Assembly (NCBI RefSeq): GCF_041929135.1
Contig: NZ_JBHFNS010000031.1
Location: 1 to 32,000, forward strand
Direction: 5' to 3'
DNA from: Floridaenema fluviatile BLCC-F154
Lineage (GTDB): Bacteria > Cyanobacteriota > Cyanobacteriia > Cyanobacteriales > Aerosakkonemataceae
DNA: 32,000 nucleotides
Positions 25,937 to 32,000 of the stretch are shown piece by piece. A program made the position numbers and the translations under genes. Below the pieces are notes generated by a model. It was not told the origin of the DNA. It saw nothing but the letters and a program-made list of their open reading frames with translations, and did not search any database. Each line of letters begins with the position of its first letter. Within the stretch, counting starts at the first letter, position 1.

Positions 25937-26293
25937 ATGATTAGTTTTTCGGAACTTTTACCCAACATCAAAAAAAGACCGACACTTTATTTAAGTCGGT
26001 ACTCAATTTTTGATTTTCAATCCTTCTATTATGGGTACGATCTCGCTAGGAATCAAATCGGATTGCCTAAACCAGAACAAGATCGAGAATTTGAAGATTT
26101 TTTGTTATGGTTACGAGAAAGATATAAAATAGAAACTACTCAATCTTGGGCAAGTCTCATCCTGTTTCATTCTGTAGATGAAAGAGATGCTCTAAATCGG
26201 TTGTTTGACTTATGGGAAAAATTTCAGAATCGCGAACAAGCTAACGATCGCCCAAGTCAACACAACGAGGTCAAAAACGAAAAGTCCCGTTAA
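25937..26293 (+). CDS. putative cognate immunity protein (118 aa)
   Basis: Small acidic/aromatic ORF 26 bp downstream of the toxin-like ORF. The call rests on position only. Confidence 0.35.
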   Translation: MISFSELLPNIKKRPTLYLSRYSIFDFQSFYYGYDLARNQIGLPKPEQDREFEDFLLWLRERYKIETTQSWASLILFHSVDERDALNRLFDLWEKFQNREQANDRPSQHNEVKNEKSR

Positions 26294-26359
26294 GTGCTTC
26301 GCGCAGGGAAAAGAAAAGAGGGAAAAGGGCAAAAGGGTAAAAGTATAAAGAGGCTCTAA
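26290..26359. repeat. 70-bp direct repeat, left copy (identical to 28925-28994)
   Basis: ttaagtgcttcgcgcagggaaaagaaaagagggaaaagggcaaaagggtaaaagtataaagaggctctaa is identical at both sites. Weaker similarity (aaaaacgaaaa) extends about 15 bp further left at both sites. Confidence 0.9.
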
Positions 26360-26378
26360 ATCCGCGCAGCAGCACAGA

Positions 26379-26514
26379 CAAAGCAGATGCAGCAACGGAA
26401 AAAGTTTGCCAGCAATTATTATTATAATAGCAATTTGCAATTGAGCTTATTAAGTTCCAATTTCGCGGCGAAAACTTCTCAGAATGGTATCAAAAAACAG
26501 CGCCAAAACCATGA
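26379..26514 (+). pseudogene. collapsed 'ghost' copy of the zorA 3' end and zorB
   Basis: 26379-26421 matches 24704-24746 (40/43). 26421-26452 equals 25221-25252 (32/32). 26455-26498 matches 25406-25449 (43/44). The ghost keeps the zorB reading frame to a TGA (26512-26514) that overlaps the next ATG. Confidence 0.8.
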
Positions 26515-28007
26515 AATTTCAGTTTAAAACCTTACATTTACCAGAATTATTTGAGTACCAGCCGACTAAATTGGCTCAACTTGTTACTCAATTAAATGAG
26601 TCAAGTAATTATTCAGAGTTACATAAGTTGGCGGAGATTTTGCCGATCGCACCCCGCACTATTGGCGAAATTATCAGCGACATTCAAAACAATCAAACTG
26701 ATAGGATTAGCTTGTTAGAATGGGCTTACTGCCTTTATAATAAAGCCGAATGGGATGAACAAAATCCACAGCAAAGTCAAGAAACTTCTCAGAAAATTTG
26801 GCAAGAAGCAACCCACAGTTCTTGGTTAAAACAGATATTATTTTGGCTATTGGCGCTTAATTATGGCGATCGCAATTCTCGGAAAATTGCGCCATCTTTA
26901 GCAGATTGCTTTCCTAAATTTAAGCCTCAATTTGTGATTAGCTATCCCCTAGCCGTACAAATCCTAACTGCACTCAGTAATCAATCTTTTGACAAATTAG
27001 CTCAAATTTGTTGGCAACATTTACTCACACCAGAACAATTATTAAATCGCGCTCAATTACCCCCTAACTTTAGTGGAAATAACACAGCTTTAGACGAAAT
27101 GGTTAAACTCTTTCCGATTGAAACTCCTCATGTTGAGCAACAAAATTTACTCATAAAATGTTTTGAAGAAATGTCAATTGAACAGCAGGTAAAAGCAATA
27201 GAAAATCTGTTAATGAATGTTTCAATTGAAGTCGGTAGCACTCTCTCCAAATTAGTCGAATGGCTGCGGCAAAATTATGGCCCACGCACTGCTAGTTCCC
27301 GGTGGCAGCAACTTTCAGAACAAGCAAAATTAGCTCTCCGCCAATGGATTAAAGCTGCTAGTTATCGGGATTTTGACATATTAGTAGATGTGCTATTGCA
27401 ACAGTTAAATACTCAACCTCGTGAGCACAATCAACTGAAACGGCGCAGAGATTTTTGGTCTAATTATAGCGATCGTTTTGAGCGAATTCGCATCCTCTTG
27501 CCTGAAGAATCAGCTAACATACTTGGTTCTCATTTACAGCGGGATGTAGATATTTTAGTTCCTGACGGCAGCGATGCCACCGAAGTTTGTATTTTTGATT
27601 TTGGCGATTGGTTTGTCGTTGAATTTTTTCGAGGTATTGGCAGCGAAATTCGCCTGTTCGATCGCCATAAACACCCCCAAATTGAACAAATACTTTTTGC
27701 ATCTCCCACCCTATCAATCAAGCAAATTCGCAGATTAGACGGCAACATCCACGATCACGTTTATCTTTGGCAAAATCACTGCGAAAAATGGTTAAGAGAT
27801 TTCGGTATTCGCCCCAACTCTAAAACTAAAACATTCAAAGGTTTATCCGGCAACTGCGCTAAATATGATGAAAATAATGGACTTCCTACACCTTCAAAAG
27901 AAGATTTACAAAACCGAGAAGATCATTTAAGAAAATGGCGGTGGCAAATAAATAAACTAGAAAGCGAAGCAAAACCCGAACCAAAAAAATTCCATTCCCC
28001 CCCTTAA
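26511..28007 (+). CDS. ZorC-like protein (probable EH-signature domain)
   Basis: I prefer the start at ATG 26511 (MKFQFKTLHL), which forms an ATGA overlap with the ghost zorB stop. The ORF-track start at 26484 lies inside ghost sequence. The C-terminal region RRRDFWSNYSDRFERIRILLP...EVCIFDFGDWFVVEFFRGIGSEIRLFD...HDHVYLWQNHCEKWL resembles the EH-signature domain of ZorC, from memory. The size fits ZorC. Confidence 0.55.
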   Translation: MKFQFKTLHLPELFEYQPTKLAQLVTQLNESSNYSELHKLAEILPIAPRTIGEIISDIQNNQTDRISLLEWAYCLYNKAEWDEQNPQQSQETSQKIWQEATHSSWLKQILFWLLALNYGDRNSRKIAPSLADCFPKFKPQFVISYPLAVQILTALSNQSFDKLAQICWQHLLTPEQLLNRAQLPPNFSGNNTALDEMVKLFPIETPHVEQQNLLIKCFEEMSIEQQVKAIENLLMNVSIEVGSTLSKLVEWLRQNYGPRTASSRWQQLSEQAKLALRQWIKAASYRDFDILVDVLLQQLNTQPREHNQLKRRRDFWSNYSDRFERIRILLPEESANILGSHLQRDVDILVPDGSDATEVCIFDFGDWFVVEFFRGIGSEIRLFDRHKHPQIEQILFASPTLSIKQIRRLDGNIHDHVYLWQNHCEKWLRDFGIRPNSKTKTFKGLSGNCAKYDENNGLPTPSKEDLQNREDHLRKWRWQINKLESEAKPEPKKFHSPP

Positions 28008-28312
28008 TAAGGGGGGCTAGGGGGGATCAAATGCCACGATAAAATCAGCAAAACCCGAATCAAAAAAATTCCATTCCCCCCCTTATTAAGGGGGGCTAGG
28101 GGGGATCAAATGCCACGATAAAATCAGCAAAACCTCAACCAAAAAAATTCCTGTCCCCCCCTTATTAAGGGGGGCTAGGGGGGATTAAATACCACGATAA
28201 AATCAGCAAAACCTCAACCAAAAAAATTCCTGTCCCCCCCTTATTAAGGGGGGTTAGGGGGGATCAAATGCCATCATCAAATCACCAAAACCTCAACAAC
28301 ACCGAATTTCAC
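27966..28312. repeat. tandem array, ~4.4 copies of a 79-bp unit, each containing the palindrome cccccccttattaagggggg
   Basis: C-runs start at 27997, 28076, 28155 and 28234 (period 79). Each unit reproduces the region upstream of, and the first codons of, the DUF559 gene (atgccacgataa versus atgccatcatca). Confidence 0.85.
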
Positions 28313-28675
28313 CTACCCTACAACCGTCAACTAGTAGAAAGAGCAAAAGAACTTCGCCAAAACCCAACACCCGCAGAAAAAAAGCTTTGGCAAAACTACC
28401 TCAGAACCTTTAAATTTCGAGTTTTACGTCAACGACCAATTGATAATTTCATAGTTGATTTTTACTGCGCTGCATTGAAATTAGTAATTGAAGTTGATGG
28501 AGAAAGTCATTTTACTGATCAAGGTCAGGAATATGACCGAGAAAGAACACAAATATTAGAAGGATATGGGTTGAAAGTTGTGAGATTTACTAATGAACAA
28601 GTGTTGAATAATTTTGAGGCGGTGTGTGGGGAAATTGAGGGTTTGATCCCCCCTAGCCCCCCTTAATAAGGGGGG
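28234..28675 (+). mobile_element. DUF559 ORF bracketed by 31-bp terminal inverted repeats (candidate selfish mini-element)
   Basis: Left end: cccccccttattaaggggggttaggggggatc (28234-28265). Right end: gatcccccctagccccccttaataagggggg (28645-28675). The right end is the reverse complement of the left apart from one c/t difference and one extra C. Confidence 0.4.
28268..28666 (+). CDS. DUF559 (Vsr/PD-(D/E)xK-like) endonuclease domain protein
   Basis: PTPAEKKLWQNYLR..FKFRVLRQRPIDNFIVDFYCAALKLVIEVDGESH...YDRERTQILEGYGLKVVRFTNEQV is the canonical DUF559 pattern. Confidence 0.85.
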   Translation: MPSSNHQNLNNTEFHLPYNRQLVERAKELRQNPTPAEKKLWQNYLRTFKFRVLRQRPIDNFIVDFYCAALKLVIEVDGESHFTDQGQEYDRERTQILEGYGLKVVRFTNEQVLNNFEAVCGEIEGLIPPSPP

Positions 28676-28876
28676 AACTGGATTCAAATTTTCTGATTTT
28701 TGCTAGAGATTAGATCCCCCCTAACCCCCCTTAATAAGGGGGGAACCGGATTCAAATTTTCTGATTTTTGCTAGAGATTAGATCCCCCCTAACCCCCCTT
28801 AATAAGGGGGGAATCGGATTCAAGATTCAAATCAGCTTCAAAGTCCCCCTTATTAAGGGGGATTTAGGGGGATCGT
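28645..28876. repeat. tandem array, 3 copies of a 68-bp unit (gatcccccctaaccccccttaataagggggg...), plus one inverted 5-mer-tract variant
   Basis: Unit starts are at 28645, 28713 and 28781. The variant cccccttattaagggggatttagggggatc lies at about 28845-28874. The first unit encodes the DUF559 C-terminus (LIPPSPP*). Confidence 0.85.
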
Positions 28877-28924
28877 CAACTTGTGCCTAAAAGGTTTTAT
28901 ATTCAGAAAAAACGAAAAAATTTT

Positions 28925-28994
28925 TTAAGTGCTTCGCGCAGGGAAAAGAAAAGAGGGAAAAGGGCAAAAGGGTAAAAGTATAAAGAGGCTCTAA
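28925..28994. repeat. 70-bp direct repeat, right copy (identical to 26290-26359)
   Basis: See the left copy. Its last bases overlap the stop codon of the FGE-family gene. Confidence 0.9.
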
Positions 28995-29857
28995 GTCCAC
29001 TCCGCACTACATACAATACGAAAACCAATACCGTCGTTACCGTCGTCCGCATTGTAGTCGTAGCGACAGGCGGAACGGCAGTGCTCAGGATTGTTGCCCC
29101 ACGAACCACCGCGCAGCAGCCTTATTAAGCTTTCATCACTAGATAACCATATACTCGCATCGTTAGGTGCGCCTTCATAATTATCATGCCAATGATCAGC
29201 ACACCATTCCCAAACATTGCCGTGCATATCGTAAAGCCCGAAAGCATTCGCGGGAAAACTGCGAACTTCTGTAGTTTGCTGTCGATAAATTCCCTTAGAG
29301 CCAGAAGCGTAGACATAGTTGCCATTGTAATTGGCTAAATCGGTTGTAATCGTTTCGCCAAAATGAAAAGGTGTTGTAGTTCCCGCACGACAGGCATATT
29401 CCCACTCCGCCTCACTCGGCAATCGATAATTTTGCCCGGTTTTCTGGGATAGCCGTTCGCAAAACTCCACCGCCTCATACCAGGAAACTTGCTCTACCGG
29501 ACGATTTGCACCTTTGAAAGAAGATGGCTCAGGATTGAGGCCAATTTTAACAATGGGAAAACCTGCGACTGTTTCCCATTGAGCTTGCGTAACCTGAAAC
29601 TTACCCATGAAAAAGGGTTTTATAGTCACTGAATGCTTTGGCTTTTCATAATCTAACGATTCTCGTTCATCAGTTGGCGAACCCATCAGGAATGTGCCAC
29701 TAGAAATCGCAACCATTTCCAGAATTACCCCATTCCCCAAGTCTTCAGTAAAAAATTCTGCTTGTTTACGACTGCGTTTGATTTCGTAAGTAACTTCTTC
29801 ACCTTTTTTGACAACAGAAATAGTTGCCGTCTCAAAATCAAAGGTCTGTTTTTGCAT
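28991..29857 (-). CDS. formylglycine-generating enzyme (SUMF1/FGE-sulfatase) family protein
   Basis: RLPSEAEWEYACRAGT, GLYDMHGNVWEWCADHW and RLLRGGSW are present. Confidence 0.85.
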   Translation of the reverse strand: MQKQTFDFETATISVVKKGEEVTYEIKRSRKQAEFFTEDLGNGVILEMVAISSGTFLMGSPTDERESLDYEKPKHSVTIKPFFMGKFQVTQAQWETVAGFPIVKIGLNPEPSSFKGANRPVEQVSWYEAVEFCERLSQKTGQNYRLPSEAEWEYACRAGTTTPFHFGETITTDLANYNGNYVYASGSKGIYRQQTTEVRSFPANAFGLYDMHGNVWEWCADHWHDNYEGAPNDASIWLSSDESLIRLLRGGSWGNNPEHCRSACRYDYNADDGNDGIGFRIVCSAEWT

Positions 29858-29944
29858 ATTAAATGTGTTTGATATTTCACTTTATCAGAGTAGCTATGCT
29901 TAATAATATCAAACTTACCGATTAACAACCCACTCCTAATAAAT

Positions 29945-31018
29945 TTACAAAAATCTTCCTAACACCGCCGCCGTAGCTTCTCCCGTTTTCTTCCAACTAA
30001 ATAACTTGCATCTCTCAAAACCAGCTTCCCGCAAACGCATCCGCAAACTTTCATCATTCGCCAAACTTTGCATTGCTTCAGTAATTTCTCCCACATTATA
30101 AGGATTAACTAAAATCGCCGCATCCCCCGCTGCTTCTGGTAAAGAGGAAAGATTGGAAGTAATTACCGGAGTTCCACAAGCCATTGCTTCTAATACCGGA
30201 AGTCCAAAACCTTCCCAAAGACTTGGAAAAACTAAAGCAATTGCTTGATTAATTATTGTCGGTAATTCACTATAAGGAACATATTCTAAAAACTTGACTT
30301 GATTACTGATTCCTAACTGACTTACTGCTGCTTTCAATGTTGGTGTAAAGCGTTCATCAACAGAACCAGCTATCCACAATTCATAGTCATTTTTATTAGG
30401 TAAGTTAGCAAAAGCTGTAATTAATCTGTTAATATTTTTATAAGGATCATGTCTACCAATATATAAAAAGTAATTACGCTTTGGCAAATCTAAAAAACTA
30501 AAGTGTGTTTCATTATATGCTAATAAAATAGGTGTTAGTTTCCGTTCTGGGATTTGGAAAAATTTCATTACATCGTTAGCAGTGGAAACCGAATCACAAA
30601 TAATATGTTGTGCTTGTTTTAATACCAAAGGTAAAAGATAACGACTGTAATTAGTTAAGGGCGAAAATCGTCTGGGAAATCGCAAGGGAATTAAGTCATG
30701 AACTGTCAAAACATATCGACAATCAGCATAAATTGGTGCTTCTGGTAAAGGCGAAAATAACAGTTTAGCTTGCAGTTTTTGATAAATTTTCGGCAGTTGC
30801 AATTGCGTCCATAAAACGCGGGAAAAGTTACCTTTGGTTCCTTGTTCCGGTGTTAAGTTCGACGGTACTGGGTAACAGTTAAAATCTGGGATATTTCGGC
30901 TAGATAACAAAGTTGGATTAAAGGGTTTTAAATGGGGGAAAAGATTAAAGGCGTAGGTACTAATCCCCGTTGGTTTCGCCATTAAAAATGCTAAGTTTAT
31001 TAGTAGTTCGTTTGACAA
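29945..31018 (-). CDS. glycosyltransferase family 4
   Basis: [36 protein letters not shown]. Confidence 0.85.
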   Translation of the reverse strand: MSNELLINLAFLMAKPTGISTYAFNLFPHLKPFNPTLLSSRNIPDFNCYPVPSNLTPEQGTKGNFSRVLWTQLQLPKIYQKLQAKLLFSPLPEAPIYADCRYVLTVHDLIPLRFPRRFSPLTNYSRYLLPLVLKQAQHIICDSVSTANDVMKFFQIPERKLTPILLAYNETHFSFLDLPKRNYFLYIGRHDPYKNINRLITAFANLPNKNDYELWIAGSVDERFTPTLKAAVSQLGISNQVKFLEYVPYSELPTIINQAIALVFPSLWEGFGLPVLEAMACGTPVITSNLSSLPEAAGDAAILVNPYNVGEITEAMQSLANDESLRMRLREAGFERCKLFSWKKTGEATAAVLGRFL

Positions 31019-31019
31019 G

Positions 31020-31865
31020 TTAAAATACTCTCCTTAAATAAAGCGATATTCCCGCAAATTTTCCCCAGGCGATTTTTGGGTTGAATGGAAGTAAGTATAT
31101 CGCATTTAAAAGCAAACGAATCAATCTGAATAATAGGACAGTTTTACTTGCATATCTTTCCATAGTCAGCAAATAGCTGTAAGTACTATGTTTAAATTTT
31201 AAAAAGGCATTTTTACTAGTTATCGCTGACGGTTGATGAACTACACTAATCTGATTAGTAATGGCAATTAAATGTCCTTGTTTAGCGTAGCGTTGGCAAA
31301 AGTCAAAGTCTTCGTAATAGAGAAAGTATTCTGGATCAAATTGCGGACAAACCAGAAATTTTTGGAGATTGATTAGTAAACTACAACCGCTAACCCAATC
31401 GGTTTTTAAATACGCAAAATTGGAATTTTCTAAATCAATTGTTTTAGGAATAATTGCGCCATTTTGGGGGATAAATTCACCGCCAGCAAACCAAATTTCG
31501 CCAGTTGTGCTGTAAATAATTGTCCCCAAAATAGAAAGTTGGGGATGGTTTTGAAAAAGCGTTGTCACTTTTTCTAGTGCTTCGGGTAACAAGTAAGCAT
31601 CGGGATTAATTAACCAAACTATTGCTTGAGGATTTTGCTGGTAAATCCAATTTAATCCTAAGTTACAAGCTTTGCCGAAACCGAGATTTTCCCGTGATTC
31701 CAGAATCACGATTTTGTCGGTTTTTAAAAGCTGAATAGGTTGATCTTCGGGGGAATTGTTGACAATAATAATTTGATATTCGTTAGATTGATTGATAGAA
31801 ATTGAGCTAATTAATTTGGTAATTAACTGGCTGGAATAATAGTTAACTGTTAGGAAGTAAATCAC
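31020..31865 (-). CDS. glycosyltransferase family 2 (rhamnosyltransferase-like)
   Basis: The N-terminal region has IIIVNNSPED and ENLGFGKACN, followed by YYEDFDFC (DxD-like). The start is GTG. The stop lies 1 nt from the next gene's start. Confidence 0.8.
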   Translation of the reverse strand: MIYFLTVNYYSSQLITKLISSISINQSNEYQIIIVNNSPEDQPIQLLKTDKIVILESRENLGFGKACNLGLNWIYQQNPQAIVWLINPDAYLLPEALEKVTTLFQNHPQLSILGTIIYSTTGEIWFAGGEFIPQNGAIIPKTIDLENSNFAYLKTDWVSGCSLLINLQKFLVCPQFDPEYFLYYEDFDFCQRYAKQGHLIAITNQISVVHQPSAITSKNAFLKFKHSTYSYLLTMERYASKTVLLFRLIRLLLNAIYLLPFNPKIAWGKFAGISLYLRRVF

Positions 31866-32000
31866 GTTAACTCAATTTGACTATCATCACCAATCATAAA
31901 TCTTAAGGCTTTTGGGCGTTGGGGTGCAACGATTAATTGGGCACGTTGTCCTATTACGCTATCTACTATTCGCTGATGAATTCCTACTACTTTGGCACTT
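31862..32000 (-). CDS. 3' end of an upstream gene (partial; runs off the window)
   Basis: Own translation of the minus strand gives SAKVVGIHQRIVDSVIGQRAQLIVAPQRPKALRFMIGDDSQIELT*. It is open to the window edge. Its TGA overlaps the GT2 GTG start as GTGA. The product is not identifiable from 45 aa. Confidence 0.4.
   Translation of the reverse strand, partial: SAKVVGIHQRIVDSVIGQRAQLIVAPQRPKALRFMIGDDSQIELT

Noticed and set aside
26210-26440. 76-aa minus-strand ORF spanning the 70-bp repeat and the ghost region
   Set aside because: It runs antisense across the immunity-gene end, the direct repeat and ghost fragments. It was most likely created by the rearrangement, and nothing supports coding.
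27966-28876. Possible CRISPR array suggested by regularly spaced palindromic repeats
   Set aside because: The whole 79-bp and 68-bp units repeat, so the 'spacers' are near-identical between copies. The units are copies of the DUF559 gene ends. No cas genes or unique spacers are present.
28903-29928. ORFs 28903-29109(-), 29125-29325(-) and 29725-29928(-)
   Set aside because: They are alternative frames overlapping the FGE-family gene or its flanks, including the 70-bp repeat. No support.
1-32000. tRNA, rRNA or other structured RNA genes
   Set aside because: I scanned the larger intergenic regions (4759-5099, 12042-12519, 15697-15969, 17705-17950, 21878-22149) by eye. I found no cloverleaf-like arm pattern or rRNA-like sequence. 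A covariance-model scan would be needed to exclude small ncRNAs.

Overview
This looks like a chromosomal segment from a filamentous, probably Nostocales-type cyanobacterium. The basis is many HIP1 octamers (GCGATCGC, e.g. 2575, 2644, 2765, 4759, 5603, 6231), STRR-like 7-8 nt tandem arrays after several genes, and a long lrtA-type HPF. This taxon call is inference only.

Left two thirds (1-17.7 kb): mostly housekeeping genes.
- Two decayed toxin-antitoxin loci.
- An alpha/beta hydrolase.
- A divergently arranged Mn/Zn-type ABC importer.
- An orphan C5 cytosine methyltransferase.
- deoC, recO, an MFS transporter, a GT4 glycosyltransferase, hpf/lrtA, lipB and an EEP-family protein.
- A collapsed aldo/keto reductase remnant, a DUF1802-like protein, and a betaine-type ABC binding protein plus ATPase.

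Right third (17.8-29 kb): reads like an accessory, conflict-type island.
- An XPB-like helicase, a DUF790/Bax1-like nuclease and a Uma2 nuclease.
- After a 54-bp perfect palindrome and an AT-rich gap comes the most interesting locus, a Zorya-like operon.
- That operon has a 108-aa unknown ORF, a 770-aa MotA/ExbB-like protein with a long repeat-containing coiled-coil tail (ZorA-like), and a MotB/OmpA-like protein (ZorB-like).
- These are followed by a small papain-fold-toxin-like ORF with a putative immunity ORF, and a 498-507-aa ORF that I think carries a ZorC-type EH-signature C-terminus. No ZorD is present.
- A collapsed, 93-100% identical 'ghost' of the zorA 3' end and zorB sits between the two cargo sets. 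Together with a 70-bp direct repeat, it suggests two alternative effector cassettes were stacked behind one zorAB.
- A DUF559 endonuclease ORF bracketed by 31-bp inverted repeats and tandemly amplified ends has overwritten the 3' end of the ZorC-like gene.

The window ends with an FGE/SUMF1-family gene and a glycosyltransferase cluster. All family assignments come from motif recognition by eye; no searches were run.
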